Shown piece by piece: positions 10,562 through 20,345 of a stretch of DNA of 64,000 nt. Below the pieces are notes generated by a model. That model was not told the origin of the DNA and searched no databases. It saw nothing but the letters and a program-made list of their open reading frames with translations. The DNA is from an uncultured delta proteobacterium (GTDB taxonomy: Bacteria; Desulfobacterota; Syntrophia; Syntrophales; Smithellaceae), in the NCBI GenBank assembly GCA_963753975.1, contig CAVWEH010000004.1, positions 314,457 to 378,456 on the forward strand, given 5' to 3'. The translations under genes and the position numbers were made by a program. Position 1 is the first letter of the stretch. Each line of letters opens with the position of its first letter.

Positions 10562-12289
10562 TTAAATAAAGGACCAAAAAAGAACACTTAAGCCAGCGAT
10601 AATATAGATTGTTTCCAGCATACCTTCCATAACCGCCCCGGAAAGCCCGGACGTTCTATCACAAAGGAGAAAACAAATCCATATATATAATAAACAGGCA
10701 AGCAGGAAAAAACTCAAAGATGAAGACCAACCAGCCGGATAAGAAAAAAGAAGAATAACAAATAAAATCAAAGAGATGATTTTGAGGACAATTTTTGTGT
10801 TAATTTTACCAAACAGCACCGGTATCGTTTCCCGTCCGATTAATTTATCACTTTGAAATTCCAAAATGTCCGACATCGCCGAACGAATAAAAACAATTCC
10901 AAACGCAAAGCCAAAGGCAACGATCATTTGTGCATTTAAAAAATTATTTATGTTTAATGCGGGTAGAATTGCCGTTACCGTTCCCCACGCCGTAGCCATA
11001 AATATATTTTTTGAGCCGGGCAAATCTTTTAACCTTTGAAAACGCCATCCTTTCGGCATAATTTTCATGTTGTAAAGTACACCGGCAAGAGAAACAAAAA
11101 ACAAAAACGTAAAGGGAAGAGCACCATTAATAAACGCCAACACAAGAGCAATCACTATAGAAAATACGGCGGCGTAAAGATAGAATTTTTCGTGTTTACG
11201 GTAAGTTTCTTCCCGAAATGAACCAACGAAACCAGCTGGTTTGCGGCTAATCAAGCGATTTAACACATGCATACCGTATACAAAAAAAGAAGCGATGGCA
11301 ACATACGATATGTTTACATTTATTTCCTGCAGTAGCATGCACGCCACACAAAGGCATCCGGCGCCGATAGCCGAATACACATCGGTTTTAATCGCCAATA
11401 TCCAAAGATTCAATAAAAACCCTATAGTTTTCAATTTTCGGCTTTGTCTGTCCGCAATTTTATCCATCACATGATCGATAATCCAGTTGGGGGTGGAAGC
11501 TCCCGCTGAAACGCCGATGCGATCATAAGGAGTGAAATTCACATTTTCCATTTCCGCGACAGTCTCAATATGGAAGGTAGGCGTTTGCTGCTTTCGAGCA
11601 AGATCGGCCAGTCTTCTGGTATTGGCACTATTTTTTCCACCGACAATAAACATGGCATCCATTTCGCCAGCCAGGGCTATAATTTCGGCTTGTCTTTGTT
11701 GCGTCGAAGAACAAATTGTATTGAATACAACAGCCTGGGGGTAAATCTTTTTTATTTTATTGATTATCTTTTCGTAATCGTCTAAATTTTGCGTAGTTTG
11801 AGCGACGACACAAACTTCCCCTAAAGAGGACAATTTATCTACATCTTCCGTCGTAATTACTGTAACACCTCGTCCACCGGTATAACCTAAAAGAGCGTCA
11901 ACTTCCGGATGTTCTTTATCACCAACAATTACTACTGTATAACCAAGCGCCGCATGCTTTTTGATAATGGCCTGTACATAACCGACTTTAGGACAGGTAG
12001 CATCGATTATCTTGACGCCGCTCTCCTTAATTTTTTTTCTTTCGGCGGGAGCTATGCCATGTGCTCGAATAATAAGAATTGCGTTCTGCTTGTCTCTAAT
12101 CTCTTCAATATTTTCTACCGGGTTAACTCCGCGGGCCTTGAGCAACTCAATGGTTTGCGGATTATGGATCAATGGACCGTAAGTATAGATACTATGCCCG
12201 GTTTCATGCTGCGCAATCTCCAGCACAATATCTACCGCCCTGCGGACGCCCATGCAAAAACCAGCTGTCTTGGCCAGCTTAATTTCCAT
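10562..12289 (-). CDS. ispH: IspH (HMBPP reductase) fused to a C-terminal UbiA-like membrane domain
   Basis: IspH cysteines in AGFCMGV, DATCPKV and NTICSST, plus SAGASTP; then about 290 aa of multi-TM sequence with KDLPGSKN and DILEFQSDKLIGRETIPV. Confidence 0.88.
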   Translation of the reverse strand: MEIKLAKTAGFCMGVRRAVDIVLEIAQHETGHSIYTYGPLIHNPQTIELLKARGVNPVENIEEIRDKQNAILIIRAHGIAPAERKKIKESGVKIIDATCPKVGYVQAIIKKHAALGYTVVIVGDKEHPEVDALLGYTGGRGVTVITTEDVDKLSSLGEVCVVAQTTQNLDDYEKIINKIKKIYPQAVVFNTICSSTQQRQAEIIALAGEMDAMFIVGGKNSANTRRLADLARKQQTPTFHIETVAEMENVNFTPYDRIGVSAGASTPNWIIDHVMDKIADRQSRKLKTIGFLLNLWILAIKTDVYSAIGAGCLCVACMLLQEINVNISYVAIASFFVYGMHVLNRLISRKPAGFVGSFREETYRKHEKFYLYAAVFSIVIALVLAFINGALPFTFLFFVSLAGVLYNMKIMPKGWRFQRLKDLPGSKNIFMATAWGTVTAILPALNINNFLNAQMIVAFGFAFGIVFIRSAMSDILEFQSDKLIGRETIPVLFGKINTKIVLKIISLILFVILLFSYPAGWSSSLSFFLLACLLYIWICFLLCDRTSGLSGAVMEGMLETIYIIAGLSVLFWSFI

Positions 12290-13034
12290 TTAGTTTTTTC
12301 TTTCGCACTAAAATAAAAAACTCTTTGTTACCTGCCGGGCCCAAAATGGATGAAGCACAGGTTTGTAAATCCTCTAAATCAATCGATTTACAAAAATTAC
12401 TTATTTCTTCAACCACGCGATCATGAATCTTTGGATCTTTGATCACACCTTTTTTGCCTATCTCCTCTCTTTCTGCTTCAAACTGAGGTTTGATCAGCGC
12501 TAAAATTCGACCATCATTTCCGAGCAATTTCAAGACCGCCGGAAGGACAATTTTTAGGGAAATGAAAGATACATCAATCGTGGCCAGATCAGGCAATTCA
12601 TTCAAGTGGCTGCCGTCATAATAGCGGATATTTGTCCGCTCGATTACGACTACGCGTTTGTCTTCACGCAATTTCCAGGCCAACTGGCCATAACCAACGT
12701 CCAGCGCGTAAACTTTGCGCGCCCCGGCTTGCAGCAGACAATCAGTGAAACCACCTGTGGAGGCCCCCACGTCGAGGACAACAAGATTCGTAACGTCTAA
12801 TTGGAATTCTTCTAAAGCTCCCTTTAATTTCAGGCCGCCGCGGCTGACGTGAGGATTATCTTCACCTTTTATTTGTATTTGCGCATCTGCGTCAACAAGC
12901 GTACCCGCTTTATCCAGAAAGATTTCATTGACTTTCACCGCCTTGGCTAAAATAAGCGCCTGGGCTTCTTTTATGGCCGGTGCGAGACCTCGCGATACGA
13001 GCAACTTATCTAAACGAATTTTTTCAGAAGCCAT
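12279..13034 (-). CDS. tlyA: TlyA-family rRNA methyltransferase
   Basis: S4-like RLDKLL, VSRGGLKL, DVGASTGGFTDCLLQ, LIKPQFE; ATG at 13034 preferred over TTG at 13052. Confidence 0.92.
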   Translation of the reverse strand: MASEKIRLDKLLVSRGLAPAIKEAQALILAKAVKVNEIFLDKAGTLVDADAQIQIKGEDNPHVSRGGLKLKGALEEFQLDVTNLVVLDVGASTGGFTDCLLQAGARKVYALDVGYGQLAWKLREDKRVVVIERTNIRYYDGSHLNELPDLATIDVSFISLKIVLPAVLKLLGNDGRILALIKPQFEAEREEIGKKGVIKDPKIHDRVVEEISNFCKSIDLEDLQTCASSILGPAGNKEFFILVRKKKLNGN

Positions 13035-13055
13035 ATTAATTTGATTCGCCAATTA

Positions 13056-14969
13056 TTAGATACCGGAATCTTTAACCAGCATCTGTTTTATCGCCCGGAT
13101 AATGCCCTCTTCATCAATACCATATTGATGGCGTAACTGTTTCTGCGTGGCATGTTCAACAAATTCGTCGGGAATGCCCAGTCTCTTTACCTGAACGTCG
13201 CTTATGCCTTTCTCCGCCAGCAATTCCAGAACGGCACTTCCGAAACCGCTTTGGAGCACATTTTCTTCGACCGTGATTATTTTTTTAATAGTTGCCGCCA
13301 CATTCAACAAAAGTTCTCGGTCGATAGGTTTAACGAAACGGGCATTGATAACTTTAACATTTAGTCCTTTTTTACAGAGCCTCTCTGCTGCAGCGAGAGC
13401 CGGATATACCGTCGAGCCAATAGCGACAACAGCCAAATCCGAACCTTCCCGCAGCACTTCGCCCTTGCCTATTTCCAGAACTTTCGGTTCACCGTCCAAG
13501 CTTGCGCCTGTTCCTTTACCTCGCGGATAGCGCAGCGAAACCGGGCAACCGCAACTAACGGCAGTCTTCAGCATATGCTGTAATTCGTTTTCATCTTTAG
13601 GCGCCATTACAATTATATTAGGAATGGAACGCAGATAGGAATAATCAAAAAGTCCCTGATGGGTTGCGCCGTCTTCGCCGACCAGTCCGGCACGGTCGAT
13701 GGCAAAGACCACCGGCAGTTTTTGCAGACAAACGTCGTGAAGAATTTGATCATAAGCTCGCTGAAGAAAAGTCGAATAGATGGCAACTACCGGAATGAAA
13801 CCTTCGATGGCCAAACCGGCAGCAAAGGTCACGCCATGCTGTTCCGCAATACCCACATCGTATAGCCGGTCGGGCAATTCCTGACGGAACTGATCCAACC
13901 CTGTACCCTCACACATTGCCGCAGTAATGGCAACAATGCGCGAATCATTTCGCGCAAGTTTTACCAAGGTTTCCCCGAATATTTTTGTGTAAGTAGGAAT
14001 ACCGGAAGATGAAGCAAGCTTCTGCCCCGTATCAACATTAAAAGGTGCTATGCCATGATAATCAAGCGGTTTTTCTTCGGCAAATTTATAACCTTTACCT
14101 TTTTTTGTGATGACATGAACAAGCACGGGACCTTTTAACTCCTTTATGTTTTCAAAATTTCTAATCAAATAATCTAAACGGTGACCTTCCAGCGGCCCGA
14201 CATATGTAAAGCCCAGTTCCTCAAAGAGCGCCCCGGGAACTACAAATGTTTTTAATGATTCTTCTATTTGCTGAGACAATTTGACCATGTGGTCACCGAT
14301 CCCCGGAATGCTTTTAAGAAAGCCTTTAATATCCGTTTTTAACCTGGTTACAGTATGGCCGGTCATCACCCGGTTCAAATAAGAAGATAGAGCGCCGACA
14401 TTTGGAGAAATGGACATTTCATTATCATTGAGAACGATAATAATGTCTTTTTTACAGTCGCCGGCCCAATTCAAAGCTTCAAAAGCCATTCCTGTGGTCA
14501 TGGAACCGTCGCCGATAACAGCAATTATTTTATTGCGATCACCCTTCAAACACTGGGCTTGAGCAAATCCGGCGGCAGCGGAAATAGAGGTCCCGCTATG
14601 TCCAACATTGAAGGCATCATAGATACTTTCTTCTCTTCTGGGAAATCCGCTGATACCGTCCTTTTTACGTAAAGTGGCGAATTTGTCTTTGCGTCCGGTG
14701 ATAATTTTATGCGCATAAGACTGATGACCTACATCCCAGATAACCTTATCCTGCGGTGTATTAAAAACGAAATGGAGAGCCAAAGTTAATTCCACTGTAC
14801 CCAAAGACGAGGCCAAATGACCACCCGAAGATGCAACCGTATTAACAATCAAACTTCTGATTTCCCGGGCCAAAGTATTTAGTTCGGCTATGTTGAGCTT
14901 GCGGATATCCTCAGGAAATTTCACCTTTTCCAAAACACTATAATTCACTTTTTCCTGCTGCTTTACCAA
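13056..14969 (-). CDS. dxs: 1-deoxy-D-xylulose-5-phosphate synthase
   Basis: GGHLASSLG, WDVGHQ, GDGSMT, DVGIAEQH, DRAGLVGEDGATHQG. Confidence 0.97.
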   Translation of the reverse strand: MVKQQEKVNYSVLEKVKFPEDIRKLNIAELNTLAREIRSLIVNTVASSGGHLASSLGTVELTLALHFVFNTPQDKVIWDVGHQSYAHKIITGRKDKFATLRKKDGISGFPRREESIYDAFNVGHSGTSISAAAGFAQAQCLKGDRNKIIAVIGDGSMTTGMAFEALNWAGDCKKDIIIVLNDNEMSISPNVGALSSYLNRVMTGHTVTRLKTDIKGFLKSIPGIGDHMVKLSQQIEESLKTFVVPGALFEELGFTYVGPLEGHRLDYLIRNFENIKELKGPVLVHVITKKGKGYKFAEEKPLDYHGIAPFNVDTGQKLASSSGIPTYTKIFGETLVKLARNDSRIVAITAAMCEGTGLDQFRQELPDRLYDVGIAEQHGVTFAAGLAIEGFIPVVAIYSTFLQRAYDQILHDVCLQKLPVVFAIDRAGLVGEDGATHQGLFDYSYLRSIPNIIVMAPKDENELQHMLKTAVSCGCPVSLRYPRGKGTGASLDGEPKVLEIGKGEVLREGSDLAVVAIGSTVYPALAAAERLCKKGLNVKVINARFVKPIDRELLLNVAATIKKIITVEENVLQSGFGSAVLELLAEKGISDVQVKRLGIPDEFVEHATQKQLRHQYGIDEEGIIRAIKQMLVKDSGI

Positions 14970-14998
14970 AATTAACGCCTTTCTAATGCTAAATTAGC

Positions 14999-15904
14999 TT
15001 ATGATTTTCTTTCTTTTATGTAGAGCGCAATGACACGCAGAGGCCGCGCCCGTTCGTCAAATTTCGAGAGGCTCTCCACCGCGGCATCTATACACTTAGT
15101 TAATTTTTCTTTGGCAGCATCTACACCCATTAAAGATGGATAGGTAAGTTTGCCCTGGACTGCGTCGCTGCCTGTTTCTTTACCCATCAACTCACGATTT
15201 CCTTCCACATTTAAAATGTCATCCGCTATCTGGAAAGCTAATCCTATATTTATTCCATATTGGGTGAGCGCTTGAATCTTATCTTTTCGGGTATTGGAGA
15301 TGATAGCGCCGGACTTTACCGCGGCGACAATCAATGATCCGGTCTTTCGCCGGTGAATTTCATTAAGAATATCTTCCGTAGGCATGGATTTTTCGGACAG
15401 CACATCAAGAGCTTGACCGCCGACCATACCGGAAATCCCGGCGGCCCGGGCAATTTCGCCAATTACGGCTAGACGCCTTTCGGCAGGCAGCCGTACTTTT
15501 TCTGCACGGGACAAAAGAGCAAATGCTTCGGTGAGGAGAGCGTCGCCGGCTAAGATCGCCATTGCTTCTCCAAAAACTTTATGATTGGTCGGCTGGCCGC
15601 GCCGGAAATCATCGTTATCCATGGCCGGCAGATCGTCATGAATAAGAGAATAGGTATGAATGAGTTCCAAAGCACAGGCAACCGGCATAGCGGGCGCCAA
15701 ATTGCCGCCGACCGCTTCCACTGCCGCCAGACAAAGAATCGGCCGAATCCTCTTGCCCCCGGAAAAAACACTATAGCATACTGCTTTATATACCTGGGCC
15801 GGAATATCACTCCGGGGTGCCAAATAGCGCTGCAGTGCCTCTTCTATAATGTTTCTTCTGTCTCGCAGATAAGCTTTTAGAAATATATTATCATCTTCAA
15901 TCAC
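14999..15904 (-). CDS. ispA: Farnesyl diphosphate synthase / geranyltranstransferase
   Basis: GGKRIRP, LIHDDLPAMDNDDFRRG, FQIADDIL. Confidence 0.93.
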   Translation of the reverse strand: MIEDDNIFLKAYLRDRRNIIEEALQRYLAPRSDIPAQVYKAVCYSVFSGGKRIRPILCLAAVEAVGGNLAPAMPVACALELIHTYSLIHDDLPAMDNDDFRRGQPTNHKVFGEAMAILAGDALLTEAFALLSRAEKVRLPAERRLAVIGEIARAAGISGMVGGQALDVLSEKSMPTEDILNEIHRRKTGSLIVAAVKSGAIISNTRKDKIQALTQYGINIGLAFQIADDILNVEGNRELMGKETGSDAVQGKLTYPSLMGVDAAKEKLTKCIDAAVESLSKFDERARPLRVIALYIKERKS

Positions 15905-16127
15905 TGTCTTCTTCCTGAAATCGTTTTAACTGCAGGGAATCGTCTTTTGCCAAAAGCATTTCCACCCGCCTTTGTGTCTCTTCGAGTTTGGCCGAACAGA
16001 GACGAATTAGTTTTATCCCTTCTTCAAAAGACTTCATAGCCTCATCGAGCGTTATCCCGCCTGCCTCCATCTTTTTCACTATATCTTCCAGCTTATCCAA
16101 AGCATCTTCAAATTTTTCTTTTGCCAT
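15897..16127 (-). CDS. xseB: Exodeoxyribonuclease VII small subunit
   Basis: FEDALDKLEDIVKKME, FEEGIKL; xseA-xseB-ispA-dxs synteny. Confidence 0.93.
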   Translation of the reverse strand: MAKEKFEDALDKLEDIVKKMEAGGITLDEAMKSFEEGIKLIRLCSAKLEETQRRVEMLLAKDDSLQLKRFQEEDSD

Positions 16128-16134
16128 AAATTCA

Positions 16135-16246
16135 CCCCGTTAGAGAAAGCCCCCCAACTCCCGTTGGGGGGTGTTAAAGTCTTGTAACCAAGATAGCCAT
16201 TTAATGCGTCATCTGAAATCGCCAAGCTCTCGCTAGTCTAACGGGG
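16135..16246. repeat. 112-bp MITE-like element with terminal inverted repeats
   Basis: CCCCGTTAGA (16135-16144) and TCTAACGGGG (16237-16246) are perfect inverted repeats; internal hairpin CCCCCCAAC-TCCC-GTTGGGGGG. Confidence 0.7.
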
Positions 16247-16247
16247 C

Positions 16248-17591
16248 TTACTCCCCCGATATTTTCTGTACTCTGGCGCGGACATTGCCGCTCGCCAATT
16301 GTATGTTAATATTCTCCCCAATGCTCAGTGCCTCCGCTTGCCGGATAATCATTCCGTTAGCCAGGCTGCGCGTAATACTGTAACCCCGCTGCAAAACTCT
16401 TAAAGGGCTTAAGGATTCCAGGACAGCCGAGTTTTTCAGAAGGCTCTCTTTAAGCGCGCGTAAACGGCTGAAAAAATGATTATATATATCTTTTTGAATA
16501 TTTTTTAATAATATCTTCCCCCCGTCGATCTGCTTTGCTGGACTTTGATGAAGGAAACGCAATTCCAGCTGTCGGAGATCATTATATAGGCCCTTTTTTT
16601 CACGGCGAAAAGCCGCGCCAATCCGTTCCTTCAATTCATCCAAATGAATCTGCAAATCGATTAGAAGGCGCCGCGGATCTTTAAACCTTTCGCGTAATCC
16701 GGAGAGTTCATTTTGCTTGTCTGCAAGATAACGGCAATAGCCGGCAAACAACCTCTGTTTAAGGTTATTAAGGTTCGCTAACAATTCCGCTCGTTCCGGC
16801 AGAACAAGTTCTGCCGCTGCCGAAGGAGTTGGTGCGCGCAAGTCCGCCACGAAATCGCAAATAGTAAAATCCGTTTCATGGCCTACTGCCGATACTACGG
16901 GAATCAATGAACCGAAAATTTCACGGGCCAAAGCCTCGTCATTAAAGGGTGCCATATCCTCCAGGGACCCGCCCCCACGGGCAATAATGATCACCTCAAC
17001 ATCACCGTAAGCGTGGAAATTACGCAAAGCTTGAATTATTTCGGCTGCCGCTTCAGAACCTTGCACCCTCACTGGCGCGACTAATATATTCACAGAAGGG
17101 AAACGCCTCTTAGTTATATTTAGAATATCTTTGATTACGGCGCCGGTGGGAGATGTTATTATCCCGATTTTTTCGGGGAAAGCGGGGATGTTCTTTTTAT
17201 ATTGCTCATCGAATAGCCCTTCCGCCGCCAGCTTGGATTTGAGTTGCTCAAATAATTTTTGCAGGGCACCTATGCCTCTTGGCTCTATAGATTCTACAAT
17301 AAGTTGATATTCGCCGCGCGGCGGATAAACACTCAACCTGGCGCGGCACAACACTCTTAAGCCTTCTTCCAACTCAAAACCAATTCCTTTTTTGAACCTA
17401 CCGAATTGACGGAAGTATACCGCCCGAATTTGACTCTTTTCATCTTTCAGCGTAAAGTAAACATGTCCGGATTGAGGTCGGCGTAAGTTGGACACCTCTC
17501 CTTCCACCCAAATGAAGCCGAATGTTTCCTCCAGAAGGAATTTAATATTATCATTCAGTTGTGAAACTGTAATTATTTCTTTCATCAGCAT
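16248..17591 (-). CDS. xseA: Exodeoxyribonuclease VII large subunit
   Basis: TVSQLN, GEVSN, SGHVYFTLKD, RGGGSLED, GHETDFT, APTPSAAAE; start at ATG 17591 or 17585 rather than 17777. Confidence 0.95.
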   Translation of the reverse strand: MLMKEIITVSQLNDNIKFLLEETFGFIWVEGEVSNLRRPQSGHVYFTLKDEKSQIRAVYFRQFGRFKKGIGFELEEGLRVLCRARLSVYPPRGEYQLIVESIEPRGIGALQKLFEQLKSKLAAEGLFDEQYKKNIPAFPEKIGIITSPTGAVIKDILNITKRRFPSVNILVAPVRVQGSEAAAEIIQALRNFHAYGDVEVIIIARGGGSLEDMAPFNDEALAREIFGSLIPVVSAVGHETDFTICDFVADLRAPTPSAAAELVLPERAELLANLNNLKQRLFAGYCRYLADKQNELSGLRERFKDPRRLLIDLQIHLDELKERIGAAFRREKKGLYNDLRQLELRFLHQSPAKQIDGGKILLKNIQKDIYNHFFSRLRALKESLLKNSAVLESLSPLRVLQRGYSITRSLANGMIIRQAEALSIGENINIQLASGNVRARVQKISGE

Positions 17592-17891
17592 AATCCCGCG
17601 TTGTGGACTACCAGATATTGCAGTGTAAAACAAGATTGAAATTAAGACTAAGAAGCCTTCATTATGCCTGCCTTCGTTGGTTGAAGTTGTCCGCCTCGTC
17701 AAAGTTAAGGAGTATGATACAGGCCCGTCTTCTTGCCAGGTTATTTTATTTTTGTTGAGGCTGAACAGTGACAGCAATTTAAATTATGCTGCCGGTGGTT
17801 ATCTGATAGAGATTAACTACTATAGATTGACTTTTACCCGCCTATGTTTTAAATAAGCGCTGTATGGAATATCTGAGGGAGTAATCATTTA

Positions 17892-18917
17892 ATGAAGAAG
17901 AATGATTTATTAAGTCAGAAAGTGGAACATATCGACATTAAGTCTATCAACTCAGTGGATATTATCCAAGCCATGAAAAAGATGTCTTTTTCTGCTCGTG
18001 ATTTAGCGAAAGCTGCGGATATTTACGACCGGATGCTCAAAGAAAAAAACTGTGTAATTATCTTAACACTGGCAGGTTCTACTTCGGCTGCGGGGTGCAT
18101 GCAAGTTTACGTTGATTTGGTGAAAAATAACATGGTGGATGTCATAGTGGCAACCGGCGCTTCGATTGTCGATATGGATTTTTTTGAAGCTTTAGGATTC
18201 AAGCATTATCGGGGTACACCCTTTGTTGATGATAAATTGTTGCGTAAATTTTACATCGACCGGATATACGATACCTTCATAGATGAAGAACAACTCCAGG
18301 TTTGTGATCGCACGATTAAGAAAATAGCAGATGCTCTTCCCCCACGTTCTTATTCATCGCGTGAATTTATAGGTGAAATGGGCAAATATTTACAGAAGCA
18401 CGCCAAAAAGAAGGCCTCTTTGGTCCAGACAGCTTACGAGCATGATGTTCCGATTTTTTGTCCAGCTTTTTCCGATAGCTCGGCCGGTTTTGGCCTTGTG
18501 CTCCATCAGCATAAACGCCCGGAGAATCACATTTCCATAGACTCTGTGAAAGATTTCCGGGAATTAACGATGATTAAAATCAAAGCTGGTACCAGCGGCT
18601 TATTGATAATTGGCGGCGGTGCTCCCAAAAATTTTGCCCAGGATACGGTTGTGTGTGCGGAAATATTGGGCAAGCAAGTGCCGATGCATAAATACGCTGT
18701 TCAAATAACCGTGGCTGACGTTCGTGACGGCGCCTGCTCCAGTTCCACGCTCAAGGAAGCAAATTCCTGGGGCAAGGTAGATTCATCTTGCGAGCAAATG
18801 GTTTACGCTGAAGCCACCACAGTACTGCCTTTGTTGGCGAGCTATGCTTACCACAAAGCAAGCTGGAAGAAGCGCAAAAGATGGCAATTAGCCGGAATTT
18901 TTAACGATAAAAAATAA
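17892..18917 (+). CDS. Deoxyhypusine synthase-like protein (probable homospermidine synthase)
   Basis: IDRIYD, PIFCPAFSDSSAG, GGGAPKN, EANSWGK with the conserved Lys. Confidence 0.85.
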   Translation: MKKNDLLSQKVEHIDIKSINSVDIIQAMKKMSFSARDLAKAADIYDRMLKEKNCVIILTLAGSTSAAGCMQVYVDLVKNNMVDVIVATGASIVDMDFFEALGFKHYRGTPFVDDKLLRKFYIDRIYDTFIDEEQLQVCDRTIKKIADALPPRSYSSREFIGEMGKYLQKHAKKKASLVQTAYEHDVPIFCPAFSDSSAGFGLVLHQHKRPENHISIDSVKDFRELTMIKIKAGTSGLLIIGGGAPKNFAQDTVVCAEILGKQVPMHKYAVQITVADVRDGACSSSTLKEANSWGKVDSSCEQMVYAEATTVLPLLASYAYHKASWKKRKRWQLAGIFNDKK

Positions 18918-18924
18918 GGGTTTT

Positions 18925-19000
18925 TGGTGGAGATGAGGGGGATCGAACCCCTGGCCTCGGCGTTGCGAACGCCGCGCTCTCCCAGCTGAGCTACATCCCC
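18925..19000 (-). tRNA. tRNA-Ala (CGC)
   Basis: Reverse complement GGGGATGTAGCTCAGCTGGGAGAGCGCGGCGTTCGCAACGCCGAGGCCAGGGGTTCGATCCCCCTCATCTCCACCA; G3:U70 pair. Confidence 0.95.
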
Positions 19001-19239
19001 AACCTTTTAGCATTTTCTAGAAAAAACGCGGCCGAGCATATATTATTGCCTGTCTTAGTGTCAAGAAATTGTTGATTTGATTCTGGACTTGACAAAATCA
19101 TTGAGTTTTTTCTATACTAAAGAAAGGTTATTTATAGTAGAATATCCCTATTGATAATGTCATGGCCATTAAATTGTTGGATTTTTTCCGGCAAAGAAAA
19201 AGATAGAAAAATTATTAATTAACCCAAGGAGAAAAATAA

Positions 19240-20322
19240 ATGGCAAAAATTGATGCCTTTTTCCAGTTGATGCATGACCAGGGCGCTTCCGACCTTCATC
19301 TTGTTTCCGGGCAACAACCTGCCATTAGAATCCGCGGTGAAATTGAACGAATAAAATACGAAACGCTCACTAATGAAACCTTAAAAGTTCTTCTTTACGA
19401 AATCACGCCGGAACATAAAATTAAACAGTTTGAAGAAACCGGCGATGTTGATTTTGCCTATGAAATCCCTTCGATCGCACGTTATCGCGCCAATTATTTC
19501 CAGCAAAAATACGGGATGGGCGCAGTTTTCCGGGAAATTCCCAACAAAATCGCGAATTGTGTAGAACTTGGTCTTCCTTCGGTGATGGCAAAATTAGCCA
19601 CTCTCCCGCGCGGCCTTATTCTGGTCACCGGCCCCACGGGTTGCGGCAAATCCACTACTCTGGCCGCGCTTATTGATGAAGCTAACCGTTTACGTAAAGA
19701 CCATATTATTACGATTGAAGACCCGATTGAATTTGTTCATCAAAGCCAGGGCTGTATAATTAACCAACGTGAAGTGGGAATCCACACTAAAAGTTTCGCT
19801 GCAGCATTGCGCGGAGCACTGCGCGAAGATCCCGACATTATTTTGGTTGGTGAAATGCGTGATCTGGAAACCATTTCACTGGCTATAGAAGCCGCCTCCA
19901 CCGGCCATCTTGTTTTTTCCACAGTACACACCACCAGTGCGGCAAAAACGGTCGACAGAGTAATTGAAGTTTTCCCTGCTTCCGAACAATTGCAAATCCG
20001 TTCTACGCTGGCCGATGGTTTGCGCGCGGTCGTTTCGCAAATTTTGTTCAAAAGAATCGACATCAAATCCCGCTGTGTCGCTTTGGAAATTTTAATCGCC
20101 ACCTCGGCAGTCCGCAATTTAATCCGTGAATCCAAAACCTATCAAATTCCCTCTATGATGCAGACAGGCAAGAAATACGGGATGCAGCTCATGGACGACG
20201 GGATTATGGATCTTTATACCCGCGGCTGGATCAGCAGCGATGATGCTTACACTAAAGCGAACGACAAAACCAGATTCCGACCGTTATTGAAATATCCGCC
20301 TACAGACTTTACCGAAGCATAA
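19240..20322 (+). CDS. pilT: Type IV pilus retraction ATPase
   Basis: ASDLHL, GPTGCGKSTT, TIEDPIE, ALREDPD, GEMRD, TGHLV, AVRNLIRE. Confidence 0.93.
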   Translation: MAKIDAFFQLMHDQGASDLHLVSGQQPAIRIRGEIERIKYETLTNETLKVLLYEITPEHKIKQFEETGDVDFAYEIPSIARYRANYFQQKYGMGAVFREIPNKIANCVELGLPSVMAKLATLPRGLILVTGPTGCGKSTTLAALIDEANRLRKDHIITIEDPIEFVHQSQGCIINQREVGIHTKSFAAALRGALREDPDIILVGEMRDLETISLAIEAASTGHLVFSTVHTTSAAKTVDRVIEVFPASEQLQIRSTLADGLRAVVSQILFKRIDIKSRCVALEILIATSAVRNLIRESKTYQIPSMMQTGKKYGMQLMDDGIMDLYTRGWISSDDAYTKANDKTRFRPLLKYPPTDFTEA

Positions 20323-20345
20323 ATTATTGTACGAGAGGATAGCTT

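Noticed and set aside
17592..17777. N-terminal extension of XseA
   Set aside because: Homology begins at MKEIITVSQLN; the extension has no recognisable features. I found no convincing ncRNA here either.
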